Positions 9,486 through 18,191 of a DNA stretch of 64,000 nucleotides are shown here, in pieces. The translations under genes and the position numbers were made by a program. Position 1 is the stretch's first letter, and each line of letters begins with the position of its first letter. Source of the DNA: a virus (Duplodnaviria; Caudoviricetes); the IMG/VR virus record IMGVR_UViG_2643221568_000002, positions 1-64,000 of that record, one strand, 5' to 3'. The notes below the pieces were generated by a model. That model did no database searches. It was not told where the DNA came from and saw nothing but the letters and a program-made list of their open reading frames with translations.

Positions 9486-9908
9486 TTAAAGTTCGTCGCT
9501 TGTGGTTCTGTTGGCGACGAGTTCGATCACGGTAAGAAGCTTCCGACGGGCGTCGCTGTCGCCGATCCTCAGCCACGCCTTGGCCAACTTCTGGCCATCC
9601 GCTCGCTGCATGAACTCGGTCAGCGTATCTTCGCCCTCGCTGCTGAAAGCAGCGACGCCATGGCTCGGGGCGTTGTGGAAGAAGAAGCTTGGAGAGACCG
9701 ACAGGACCTCTGCGATACGATGAAGACGGCTCGCGCCGACACGGTTTGTACCCTTCTCGTATTTCTGGATTTGCTGGAACGTGATGCCGAGGGCATCGCC
9801 CAGCTTCTCCTGGCTCATGCCGATCGCGTTGCGGCGGGTGCGGATGCGACCGCCGACATAGATATCGACAGGGTTCGGGATCTTCGCGTGCTGGGGTCTA
9901 TCAAGCAT
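9486..9908 (-). CDS. XRE-family HTH transcriptional regulator
   Basis: VGGRIRTRR..GMSQEKLGDALGITFQQIQKYEKGTNRVGASRL. Confidence 0.92.
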   Translation of the reverse strand: MLDRPQHAKIPNPVDIYVGGRIRTRRNAIGMSQEKLGDALGITFQQIQKYEKGTNRVGASRLHRIAEVLSVSPSFFFHNAPSHGVAAFSSEGEDTLTEFMQRADGQKLAKAWLRIGDSDARRKLLTVIELVANRTTSDEL

Positions 9909-10149
9909 TGCAGTCTCCTTCGCGGGTTAAGCCCATGCGGGCGCGGTAATCACGTTCCGCCTCGGCCATCATGGCGTCGTGGCGGGCGATGCTTTTGTGG
10001 ATCTCGTAAATCTGACGCTCAGTGCGCCGGCGCTCTGCCTCACGTGACAGACGGCCAAGAGCGACACCGATGGCGTAGACGGTGCCGGTGATGACGACGC
10101 CGCAGAGCAATGCCAGCGGCAAGGGGAGGTTCGTCGGATCATGCGGCAC
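9901..10149 (-). CDS. Small membrane-anchored protein
   Basis: N-terminal hydrophobic helix. Confidence 0.6.
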   Translation of the reverse strand: MPHDPTNLPLPLALLCGVVITGTVYAIGVALGRLSREAERRRTERQIYEIHKSIARHDAMMAEAERDYRARMGLTREGDCNA

Positions 10150-10720
10150 GCTCGATCTCCGGATATTCGATTTCAGGGCGGGACAGCTTGCGGATGCGGC
10201 GCTTGTCGATGGTCTGCATCACGTGCATCACCGGGCCGCGCCGGTGCTGCTGGTGGAAACGGTACCAGGCGAAATTATCCTTGCTGTCGTGCTCGGTTTC
10301 GCTGAACCAGCGAACGCGCCCGATCGGGACAATGTCGGAGCACATCGACATGAAGTGCGCGCTCTGTAGATTGAAGGCGAAGTCGCTTTCGAGCAGCATC
10401 CATGTCGGCGCGATCGAGATAAACCGGCGAAGCATTGCCTCGAGGATCTTCCACGTGTAGGGCGGGTTGGTGATGATCGCATCGACGCGGTTGCGAAGCA
10501 GCCACGGGTCCACCAGCGCATCAATGCCGAGCTGGATGTCGCCGCTATGGACGCACGTCGGGCCAAAGCTCTCAATCCAGCGGATCAGCCGACCGTTCGC
10601 GCAGCACGGCTCCGAGAAGGTGCCAACGCCTTGCAGGAAAGGCCGCAACGGTAACGCGGCCTCATAGGGCGACAGATAGAGATCGTGCTTGTTACGGGCG
10701 AAGGAAGAGTGCTTGCTCAA
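10139..10720 (-). CDS. Putative amino-DNA methyltransferase
   Basis: EPCCANG (motif I-like), IITNPPY (motif IV); likely TTG start at 10720. Confidence 0.8.
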   Translation of the reverse strand: MSKHSSFARNKHDLYLSPYEAALPLRPFLQGVGTFSEPCCANGRLIRWIESFGPTCVHSGDIQLGIDALVDPWLLRNRVDAIITNPPYTWKILEAMLRRFISIAPTWMLLESDFAFNLQSAHFMSMCSDIVPIGRVRWFSETEHDSKDNFAWYRFHQQHRRGPVMHVMQTIDKRRIRKLSRPEIEYPEIERAA

Positions 10721-10721
10721 G

Positions 10722-11003
10722 TCAGAGCGCCCTCTCGCCATAGGCAGGCGCAACCAGCGCCCCGATGACGTGATCTACTTCCACATCACCAAAGATGCCG
10801 ACGCCCTGGAACAGCGCTGACATGCCTTCCGCAAGATTGGGTGCTGGGTAGGCCAGCACGTAGCCCAGCAGCGCGCCGCTTTCATCCGGGTATAGCGCCC
10901 GCATGGCGCGGAACGCGATGTGCTTGACCGTATCCGGTGCCGGGGCAATGTCGGCCGCCGCGGCGAGAGCTGCTAGCCCGATGTCTTTGAGCGTCTTCTT
11001 CAT
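10722..11003 (-). CDS. Phage hypothetical protein
   Basis: Coupled ORF. Confidence 0.55.
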   Translation of the reverse strand: MKKTLKDIGLAALAAAADIAPAPDTVKHIAFRAMRALYPDESGALLGYVLAYPAPNLAEGMSALFQGVGIFGDVEVDHVIGALVAPAYGERAL

Positions 11004-11242
11004 GCCGCTGCCCTCTTGGGCAGGACTTCCACATACTCGATGTCGCCGGGATGGACGCGCACTGTTTCAGCGCTCCATCCGGTTTCGCGCACCCAGAGGT
11101 CGCAGGGCAGGTCCGCTGCATCGGCAGGCACGTGTTCCTGCGCCCGAAGCTTGCGGCTGTGCCGATCAATGATGACCGTCCCCGGCTCAATTGCCGTGCG
11201 GCGGGCGTGCAAGACCAGCACAGGGAGATTGTTGTTTCTCAT
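11000..11242 (-). CDS. Phage hypothetical protein
   Basis: Coupled ORF (ATGA overlaps). Confidence 0.6.
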   Translation of the reverse strand: MRNNNLPVLVLHARRTAIEPGTVIIDRHSRKLRAQEHVPADAADLPCDLWVRETGWSAETVRVHPGDIEYVEVLPKRAAA

Positions 11243-11544
11243 GCCGCGGCTCCGTAGATCGCCTGCATCATCGCGATGCGGTTCTGCAGGAGCAGATCGG
11301 CGATCATGTCGGCGTTATAGACCGCCTTCGGTGCGCGCTCCTGCCAGAGGATCAGGTTGGCCTCGGGGTCGCCTTCCGCCGCCGCGTACAAGAGTTCGTT
11401 GGATTCGGTGATGTGGGTGTCGTTCGCGCAATTCGTGGTGCGTCCGTCATCGCAGATCATGGCGCCGCCGCAGGAAGAGCATGCGTCAGGATAAATGTTG
11501 AGTTGTTCCACGCTGCCGCAGTTTGTGCAGGTCCATCTTCTCAT
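11239..11544 (-). CDS. Zinc-ribbon protein
   Basis: CTNCG...CSSCGG. Confidence 0.7.
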   Translation of the reverse strand: MRRWTCTNCGSVEQLNIYPDACSSCGGAMICDDGRTTNCANDTHITESNELLYAAAEGDPEANLILWQERAPKAVYNADMIADLLLQNRIAMMQAIYGAAA

Positions 11545-11553
11545 CGCAGCACC

Positions 11554-11682
11554 TCAACGGTTCAGGGTGCTATGGCACGTCGCGAGCGACGCAGCCTTGG
11601 TGCAACGGGCGTACCCGTCGTCAGTGATGCTGAAAAACAGGACGAGCGAAATCGTCCCCGCTACGGCAAGCAGGCTCCGCAT
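11554..11682 (-). CDS. Small membrane peptide (42 aa), first gene of leftward operon
   Basis: GGAG SD; MRSLLAVAGTISLVLFFSITDDGYARCTKAASLATCHSTLNR. Confidence 0.55.
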   Translation of the reverse strand: MRSLLAVAGTISLVLFFSITDDGYARCTKAASLATCHSTLNR

Positions 11683-11737
11683 ATGTCTTCTCCATCGGTG
11701 AAATCAGGTTGCGGCAAAGCAACCGTCGATGGAGTTC

Positions 11738-11788
11738 ACAATATCCTCTATTGAGGACAAGTCAACAGGAGTATTCTCTATAGAGGAT
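11738..11788 (-). promoter_or_regulatory. pL-like promoter with two operators (OL)
   Basis: Near-palindromes ATCCTCTATTGAGGAC (11743-11758) and ATTCTCTATAGAGGAT (11773-11788) flank a minus-strand TTGACT; TATTGT -10. Confidence 0.8.
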
Positions 11789-11793
11789 AAAAA

Positions 11794-12636
11794 TCACTGA
11801 GCAGATAACGCCATGACGCGTCTATGCGCCCTGACAAGGATGTCCGGGTCGAAGGGATTCGAGGCGTCGGCCTGTATCGTTCTCACTTCACGGTCCAGCG
11901 CGGTGTGGGCCGAGCTGCCGGTCGCATATTCAGGGTGCGCCTCGAGGAAGTCGGGCACGGTGATGTTGCGCCAGTAAGCCTCGTCCGTGCATTCCCGTTC
12001 CGGGTTCGCGCCGGCAACCTCTCCCGTGCATCGGTCCACCACGACCTTCTTTTCGGTCGCGGGTGAGGGTGTGGTGAGCTTGAACTTTTCCATCGCAAAA
12101 TCGGTGAACACGAACATGTCGTTCGGTGGGGTTTCCAGCACATAGGTGAGCGCGTCAGGGTCAACGCCCATTGCAATGAAGTGCCGCAACACCTTCGCTG
12201 ATAGCGCCTGCGCGATCTGCGCGTCCTTCGGTGAGTGCCCGTCGTCCGACCATCTGAACTGATGTGAGCCGAGCTGCGACGAGGTGGGTACGTGGCGCTT
12301 CGTTCCGCCGATGAAAGCGAAGAGGCAGGCCGATAGGCACTGTCCTTTTGGGGCCACCATTGTCTCGATGTGAGCGTTGCGCACCGTCTCGCCCATGCCG
12401 ATCGCTGCCGAGACGCTTCCGCCCGGCGAGGAGAGCACCACCATCGAGATTTCAGGAAGTGAAGCGATCATGCCTGCCAGGACCAATTCATCCTGTGGAC
12501 GAATGTCGCCGGTGCCAAGGATATACTGCTTCTCGTCGCCGATCTTGCCGACGGAAAAATCCATGGAAAATCCGGGCTGTGCTGTCACTAAAAAGGAGAA
12601 AAGAGCGCATGTAGTAAGGTATGGTGCATTAATCAT
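11794..12636 (-). CDS. Exported ClpP/crotonase-like (COG3904-like) protein with C-terminal scaffold-like segment
   Basis: Signal-like N-terminus; LSSPGGSV, CLSAC..AFIGG..R, LGSHQF; C-terminal 50 aa 50% identical to scaffold. Confidence 0.75.
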   Translation of the reverse strand: MINAPYLTTCALFSFLVTAQPGFSMDFSVGKIGDEKQYILGTGDIRPQDELVLAGMIASLPEISMVVLSSPGGSVSAAIGMGETVRNAHIETMVAPKGQCLSACLFAFIGGTKRHVPTSSQLGSHQFRWSDDGHSPKDAQIAQALSAKVLRHFIAMGVDPDALTYVLETPPNDMFVFTDFAMEKFKLTTPSPATEKKVVVDRCTGEVAGANPERECTDEAYWRNITVPDFLEAHPEYATGSSAHTALDREVRTIQADASNPFDPDILVRAHRRVMALSAQ

Positions 12637-12669
12637 CTCTTAATTATCACCTCTTCGCTACTTGTCTTT

Positions 12670-12684
12670 GTTCCCTCTCTGTTC
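12670..12684 (+). promoter_or_regulatory. Alphaproteobacterial LexA (SOS) box
   Basis: Exact GTTC-N7-GTTC in intergenic DNA, within the 17-bp spacer of TTGTCT...CATTGT. Confidence 0.7.
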
Positions 12685-12787
12685 CATTGTGTACTTAGGT
12701 TGAGGGATAGATCTGTGCGCATATCCATGCTGGTTGAGACGTTAAATTCGCTTTCTGTTGAAGAGAAGCAGGCATGCATTTCGAAGT

Positions 12788-13090
12788 TCAAGAACGCGAA
12801 TTCCGAAGGATCTTTAAAAGCCCCTCGCGCGTCTCAGGAGAGCCTTCCAGAAGGGAAAGTATCTCCGCAGTCTCAGGCGACATCTCGATCCCATAAATGA
12901 TCTGGGACAGAGTGACGTCTAGCACCTTGCAGACCGCGACCAGGTTGTCGACGGTGGGGTCTTTCCCCTCTTTTAGGATCGAGTGAACATACCCCTGGCC
13001 TTTGCCGGCAGCTAATGACACCTCGCGCGCAGACATGCCGCGCCGATCCATAGCGTCGCGAAGACGCGCTCTCCAGTCCGCATTATCCAT
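12788..13090 (-). CDS. Prophage repressor (short cI-like XRE HTH, no S24 peptidase domain)
   Basis: MDNADWRARLRDAMDRRGMSAREVSLAAGKGQGYVHSILKEGKDPTVDNL; divergent from cro-like gene. Confidence 0.85.
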   Translation of the reverse strand: MDNADWRARLRDAMDRRGMSAREVSLAAGKGQGYVHSILKEGKDPTVDNLVAVCKVLDVTLSQIIYGIEMSPETAEILSLLEGSPETREGLLKILRNSRS

Positions 13091-13099
13091 GCGGGGAAT

Positions 13100-13171
13100 A
13101 TCCTCTATTTCGGATATTTTCGCACGTCCTTCATAGCGAGCGGTTGACGTGTCCTCTATCGAGGATATATT
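13100..13171 (+). promoter_or_regulatory. pR-like promoter with operators (OR)
   Basis: ATCCTCTATTTCGGAT (13100-13115), GTCCTCTATCGAGGAT (13151-13166); TTGACG 13144 and TATATT 13166. Confidence 0.8.
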
Positions 13172-13180
13172 GCTCTCATC

Positions 13181-13417
13181 ATGACTGAACAAAGCGCAGA
13201 TCTCCTCTCGAAAATTGATAAGTTCCTGTCCGATACCGGTATGGGGGCGTCCTACTTCGGCAAACGCGCTGTGGGTAACTCTGAGCTGGTCGGGCGCTTG
13301 CGCAGCGGCGGGCAGGTCTATCTCGATACCGGCGCGAAGGTCGACGAGTTCATTGAGAGAGAACGGAAGCGCCGCAATGTCCCAGAACGGACCTCTGAAA
13401 AGGAGGCAGCGCTGTGA
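13181..13417 (+). CDS. Cro-like protein
   Basis: LLSKIDKFLSDTGMGASYFGKRAVGNSELVGRLRSG; position opposite repressor. Confidence 0.8.
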   Translation: MTEQSADLLSKIDKFLSDTGMGASYFGKRAVGNSELVGRLRSGGQVYLDTGAKVDEFIERERKRRNVPERTSEKEAAL

Positions 13418-13662
13418 CAGGTGTAACCGGCGACGACCTCCCAGAGCTGTTGCAGCAGAAGCACGATGATCTTGTGCGCGAGCTGAGCGCCCGCGCCATT
13501 GCTGACTGCATCGTGCCGGTGCCGCTGGAATACGCGAACCGCTTTTGGCCTGCGTCCGACATGGACGCCTTGGCTCAGCACGAACTGGAAGGCCGCTGCC
13601 GCCATCATCCACACCGCGTGTTCGACCGGAACCGCTATGCAAAGTCGGAGACGCGCCCATGA
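13414..13662 (+). CDS. Phage hypothetical protein
   Basis: GTGA-coupled, AGGAGG SD. Confidence 0.55.
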   Translation: MTGVTGDDLPELLQQKHDDLVRELSARAIADCIVPVPLEYANRFWPASDMDALAQHELEGRCRHHPHRVFDRNRYAKSETRP

Positions 13663-14294
13663 CCGTCATCCCGTTCCCATCCTCGCCAGCACTCCCGCCG
13701 AGTGTTGGCCGTGGTCCCGAGGCATCAGGTAGTGCGTCCGCCTCGGGCAATTCCCTCCTTTCAAAGTTCCTGCGGAACATACGACAGGCCATGATCGCGG
13801 TTTCTGTCCGCAACAACCCTTGCCGCCTGATTGCCCTGTCGTCGCTCCGCACCGCCTCTACCCCTCTCGATCGGGTTGTCTTCGGTTTTGCCGAAGAAGA
13901 ACCCCTACGTTTCGACATTGCACCGAAACGTAGCGGCGGTTCCGCAGGAAAAATCCCGCAGATATGCGGGTATGGCCCCGCAACGCAGTTCGACGTTGAA
14001 GGCCTTATAGCCTGGCTCAGACGCACGTTCCCTCGAGCCACGACGCATCACGTCGAGGCAAAGACGGGAATTCCCGCAGCCAGCGTTGAGAATTGGCTGC
14101 ACCGGCGCTCTCAGCCGTCGGTGCATCATTTTTCCCTTCTGATTTCTGTCTTCGGCCCATCACTCCTGGAATCGTGTTTCGAAACGCCTCCGGTCTGGGT
14201 GAGTGACGCCGTGACGTTGGAACGTCGCCGAGAAATCGACGACCAGATAATGCGCCTTCAGCGTGAGCGCGCCAAATTTGGCGAGGTCGCGTGA
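13659..14294 (+). CDS. HTH protein (CII-like position)
   Basis: C-terminal VEAKTGIPAASVENWLHRRSQPS. Confidence 0.65.
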   Translation: MTVIPFPSSPALPPSVGRGPEASGSASASGNSLLSKFLRNIRQAMIAVSVRNNPCRLIALSSLRTASTPLDRVVFGFAEEEPLRFDIAPKRSGGSAGKIPQICGYGPATQFDVEGLIAWLRRTFPRATTHHVEAKTGIPAASVENWLHRRSQPSVHHFSLLISVFGPSLLESCFETPPVWVSDAVTLERRREIDDQIMRLQRERAKFGEVA

Positions 14295-14581
14295 TGGCAG
14301 GGCAATCGACTTCAGTCAGTTCATTGATCCGCGAAGCGGAAGAACGTCAGCTGCAGGAGGTGGTGGCAGGGGCTCGCACACCATCCCTCAGTGTAGAGCA
14401 GATCCGGCAACGGCTGGACGAAATGATCCGAAGCAAGAGCGGCTGGATACAGCGCTTTTCTGAGGGTCGCAGCAAACGTCCCGATCATGAGATCGTCAAG
14501 GCACGCGCTCAACTCGCCGCACTGGTGCAGGCCAAAGACCTTCTCAAGGGGGACCGAAATGCACCAGACCGCGGAGGATGA
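14291..14581 (+). CDS. Phage hypothetical protein
   Basis: Coupled ORF. Confidence 0.6.
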   Translation: MMAGQSTSVSSLIREAEERQLQEVVAGARTPSLSVEQIRQRLDEMIRSKSGWIQRFSEGRSKRPDHEIVKARAQLAALVQAKDLLKGDRNAPDRGG

Positions 14582-14975
14582 CCGGCAAAAGGTCAGCTAC
14601 CACGCCGTTGCGCGTTACGTGCAACACATACTGCTCATTGATCTACCGCAGGAGTTTTTGACCGAGAAAGCGAAGGCGCAAGCCTTGGCGGATGCGGCTG
14701 GCTTCACTGTTGCAGAGATCAGGGGCCTAATTTGGACGAAGGGCATGGCTGCCGCGTCTGCCCTTGGACTTGAGACTTTCGGGAACCGTGAGTTCTCGGC
14801 CCGGATCGCTCAGCCCGAAGGTGTCGTCGTGACGGTCTATCTGCCAAGGCCAAGGCCGTTTGGCAAGCTCAGGATCCTTTCAGAAACAGAGCTGAAGCAC
14901 AGGACGAGCCGCATCGCTCGCCGTGAAAAAGCACGTCTCGCAACAAGGCAAAGTCTCGAAGAGGTCGAACAGTGA
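14559..14975 (+). CDS. Phage hypothetical protein
   Basis: VSYHAVARY...VVTV motif. Confidence 0.65.
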   Translation: MHQTAEDDRQKVSYHAVARYVQHILLIDLPQEFLTEKAKAQALADAAGFTVAEIRGLIWTKGMAAASALGLETFGNREFSARIAQPEGVVVTVYLPRPRPFGKLRILSETELKHRTSRIARREKARLATRQSLEEVEQ

Positions 14976-15367
14976 CGAACACCGTAACATTCACGCTTGA
15001 GAATGGGCACGCCCCAATATTGAGGGACGCGGCGCGGCGATTGACCGCCGACGCGATGGGTAAGGCCCACAAGCCCCGTGATCCTCTTCAGGCAGAGGCG
15101 TTCGACCGTGACGAGACCGGAGAGACGAAGGTCGAAACGGTAGCCGCTGCCGAGCTGCGCCAGATCATTGAGCGCGTCGAGCGCCTGGAAGAAGAAAAGG
15201 CCGCTATCAGCAGCGACATCAAGGACGAGCTTGGTAATGCGAAAGGCCGAGGCTACGACACGAAGGCCATCCGCACCATCATCCGACTTCGCAAGAAGGA
15301 TGCCAACGAGCGCCTCGAGGAGGAGAGCATTCTCCAAACCTACATGGCCGCGCTAGGGATGGAGTGA
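14972..15367 (+). CDS. gapR: GapR (DUF2312)-family nucleoid-associated protein
   Basis: [28 protein letters not shown]...[19 protein letters not shown]...YMAALGM. Confidence 0.9.
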   Translation: MTNTVTFTLENGHAPILRDAARRLTADAMGKAHKPRDPLQAEAFDRDETGETKVETVAAAELRQIIERVERLEEEKAAISSDIKDELGNAKGRGYDTKAIRTIIRLRKKDANERLEEESILQTYMAALGME

Positions 15368-15981
15368 GGGACATGTCAGCCCACTGGACCGATATGACCT
15401 CCGCCGAGCGGTGCGTCGCCATCGCCGAGGTTTACCCTTCCACCAAAGGGACCGGCAGAACGATCGCTGAAGCGCTCTCATCCCGATTCAAGGTGCAGAT
15501 CACGCGCAGCTCTGTCATCTCAATGTACGCCCGCCACGCCGATAAGCTCACGGCGGTTCCCCTAAGCGGGAAACCAAGGCCCACCTCTGGCGGGGTGTCC
15601 GCACCGGCCAAGCCAGCAGCGAAGAAGATTAGGAGGCCATCGGCCCTGATGGTCGCCAGCGGTATGCAGTTTGTGTCGCCAAAGCCTAAGCCTGTGCCGG
15701 CGCCTAAGCGCGTTGACCAGTCCGTACCCGTGCGCCGTGCGGCTCAACCAGCGCTTCCTGAAGTCGCTTCGTTGTCGGTGCCGGTGCCGAAAAACATTCT
15801 GCTCTATCAGCTCAATCACTGCGATTGCCGCTGGCCCGTCAGTGGGGACAGGGAGAAGACACTCTTCTGTGCCCATCCCACGCGGCTCGAGTCTCCATAT
15901 TGCGATTTCCACGCGACACTCTCCGTCGGGGAAGGCTCCAGGGCTGAGAGATCAGCAGTGCCAGCGAGGTTGATGCGATGA
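15364..15981 (+). CDS. GcrA-family regulator homolog
   Basis: IAEALS...ITRSSVI N-terminal HTH; [15 protein letters not shown]...FCAHP...PYCDFH. Confidence 0.8.
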   Translation: MRDMSAHWTDMTSAERCVAIAEVYPSTKGTGRTIAEALSSRFKVQITRSSVISMYARHADKLTAVPLSGKPRPTSGGVSAPAKPAAKKIRRPSALMVASGMQFVSPKPKPVPAPKRVDQSVPVRRAAQPALPEVASLSVPVPKNILLYQLNHCDCRWPVSGDREKTLFCAHPTRLESPYCDFHATLSVGEGSRAERSAVPARLMR

Positions 15982-16853
15982 ATGCACCGACGCGTCCAGT
16001 GCTGCGATGGCATGGAGGGAAGTGGTTGCTTGCACCATGGATCATTTCGCATTTCCCCAAGCATCGCATCTATGTTGAGCCGTACGGTGGGGCTGCTTCA
16101 GTTTTGTTGCGTAAGCAGACTGTTTTCTCCGAGATCTACAACGACCTCGATGGAGAGGTAGTCTCTCTTTTCAGAGTGCTGCGAGACAAAGGGCAGGCGG
16201 CTGAGCTTGTCCGAATGCTCGAGCTGACCCCTTTCGCGCGGGAGGAATTTGACGGGTCATACGAACAGTCAGATTGTGTTGTCGAAAGAGCGAGAAGGCT
16301 TGTCGTCAGATCCTACATGGGATTTGGCTCTGATTCCGCGCACACCAGCGGAACTACCGGGTTTCGTGCTCAGAGCCCTCAGTCATGCAGGTCGCCCGAG
16401 AAGGATTGGCGCAATTATCCACCGAAGCTGGCGGCAACCATCGAGCGCCTGCGCGATGTTGTAATCGAGAACCGCCCAGCTACGGAAATCATGGCGCGGC
16501 ATGACAGCTTGGACACGCTGCACTATGTCGATCCGCCTTACATGCCTGAGACACGATCAAACAAATCTCGAAAAGGTGGCGCGTCTTATCACTCATACCG
16601 GTTCGAGCTGAGCACAAGTGACCACGTCGATCTCCTCGCCTTCCTCAGAGGGTTGAAGGGGATGGTGGTTTTGTCGGGGTATCCGACAGCTCTCTATGAC
16701 GAAAGCCTTCCAGGTTGGCACAGATTAGAAAAGAACGCTTTCGCAGACGGCGCCGCGAAGCGCACGGAGGTGCTTTGGCTCAATAGGTCGTGTTTGGATC
16801 GTCTTCAACAGCGCTCGCTTCCTCTCCTCCATGACTTGGAGGCTGCCGAGTGA
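15978..16853 (+). CDS. DNA adenine methyltransferase (Dam/D12 class)
   Basis: LRWHGGKW, YVEPYGGAASV, YNDLD, YVDPPY. Confidence 0.93.
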   Translation: MNAPTRPVLRWHGGKWLLAPWIISHFPKHRIYVEPYGGAASVLLRKQTVFSEIYNDLDGEVVSLFRVLRDKGQAAELVRMLELTPFAREEFDGSYEQSDCVVERARRLVVRSYMGFGSDSAHTSGTTGFRAQSPQSCRSPEKDWRNYPPKLAATIERLRDVVIENRPATEIMARHDSLDTLHYVDPPYMPETRSNKSRKGGASYHSYRFELSTSDHVDLLAFLRGLKGMVVLSGYPTALYDESLPGWHRLEKNAFADGAAKRTEVLWLNRSCLDRLQQRSLPLLHDLEAAE

Positions 16854-17629
16854 CCGCAGAGCCTCGCATCGTCTGCCGGTTCTCTTGTGGCGCAGCCTCG
16901 GCTGTGGCCACGAAACTTACGTTGGCACAAGTCGACCGCGACCGCGTCGTTATCACCTACAGCGACCCTGGGAGCGAGCACCCCGACAACAAGCGGTTCC
17001 TGGCTGATTGCCAGCGCTGGTTCAATCACCCAATCGAGACACTGCGGTCGACGGAGTATCGCGACACTTGGGATGTGTTCGAAAAAGAGAGGTTTCTTGT
17101 CGGCCATCAAGGCGCAAAATGCACTGGTGTTCTCAAGCGTGCCCCCACCTACGAGTTTCAGCAGCCAGGTGACATCCTTGTTTTCGGATACACGATCGAG
17201 GAAACGGCCCGTGCGCAATCATTTCGAGACCAAAACTTCGAGCAACCTCTCATCACCCCGTTGATCGACGCAAATCTAACGAAAGCGGACTGCTTAGCGA
17301 TAATTGAGAGAGCAGGTATCGATCTCCCTGCGATGTATCGGCTTGGCTACCACAACAACAATTGCATAGGCTGCGTGAAAGGCGGAATGGGCTACTGGAA
17401 TAAGATCCGGCGCGATTTTCCTGAAGTTTATGAGCGTATGGCTGCCCTCCAACGTGAACTTGGTCCAGGCTCATTCTTCTGGCGTGAACGCGATACGAAG
17501 GAAAGGATCAGCCTCGATGCGCTAGCACCGGATCGCGGCAACCACAGAGAAGAGCCGAGCATTGAGTGCTCACTCTTATGCCACCAGGCCGAGGCGATAA
17601 TTGCCGACGATGATTGCGAGGCTGCATGA
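16850..17629 (+). CDS. PAPS-reductase-family protein
   Basis: FSCGAASAV (PP-loop variant), EHPDN.RF, CT..LK, NNNCIGCVKGG, C..LC. Confidence 0.8.
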   Translation: MTAEPRIVCRFSCGAASAVATKLTLAQVDRDRVVITYSDPGSEHPDNKRFLADCQRWFNHPIETLRSTEYRDTWDVFEKERFLVGHQGAKCTGVLKRAPTYEFQQPGDILVFGYTIEETARAQSFRDQNFEQPLITPLIDANLTKADCLAIIERAGIDLPAMYRLGYHNNNCIGCVKGGMGYWNKIRRDFPEVYERMAALQRELGPGSFFWRERDTKERISLDALAPDRGNHREEPSIECSLLCHQAEAIIADDDCEAA

Positions 17630-17976
17630 CGCGCATCCCATCATCGGAATACAAGAAAGACATTAAGGCCAAGAAGCGCACCACGATGGCGCGCCGCAAC
17701 GCCAAGCGCGACGCAGCAGAGCCCGAGATTGTGAGGGCGCTTGAAGCTCTCGGCATGTCCGTCTTCCTCCTGCATGAGCCAACCGATGCCCTCGTGGGCT
17801 TTCGGGGCATCACGCATGTCGTCGAGTTCAAGTCCGGCCACACGGGTTACGGGAAAGCGCTCAACGACAACCAGCAGGCCTTCGCCAACGAATGGCGAGG
17901 CTCTGCCGTGGTCACTCTCCACAGCCGCGACGAGGCCATCGCCTGGGCGCAGCAGATCAGCAGGGGGCAGCCATGA
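17626..17976 (+). CDS. VRR-NUC-like nuclease
   Basis: KRDAAEPEIV.AL...PTDALVGFRG...VEFKS...LNDNQ. Confidence 0.75.
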   Translation: MTRIPSSEYKKDIKAKKRTTMARRNAKRDAAEPEIVRALEALGMSVFLLHEPTDALVGFRGITHVVEFKSGHTGYGKALNDNQQAFANEWRGSAVVTLHSRDEAIAWAQQISRGQP

Positions 17977-18191
17977 GCAACAGCAGGCTGGAACAAGCCG
18001 TTGCCGAGCTGGTGAAGCACGAGATTGAGCAATTCGCGGAGTGGTGCGCCAAGGAGTGGACCATCACGCCGGAAGTTTTCTCCCGCGAGAACGTCGTTGA
18101 CACAAAACCGGAGGGCTACCGCGAGGGCTACAACACTGCCCTTGAAGGCCTGCCGCTGGCGCTCGAGCACTACTTGGAGGGCAAGCATTGA
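17973..18191 (+). CDS. Phage hypothetical protein
   Basis: Coupled ORF. Confidence 0.55.
   Translation: MSNSRLEQAVAELVKHEIEQFAEWCAKEWTITPEVFSRENVVDTKPEGYREGYNTALEGLPLALEHYLEGKH

Noticed and set aside
12788-14041. 417-aa ORF as listed in the ORF track
   Set aside because: Only the last 100 aa look like a repressor; the extension overlaps cro and the operators in antisense
16850-17629. PAPS-reductase gene as a Dnd/Ssp phosphorothioation system
   Set aside because: No recognisable partner dnd/ssp genes in the window
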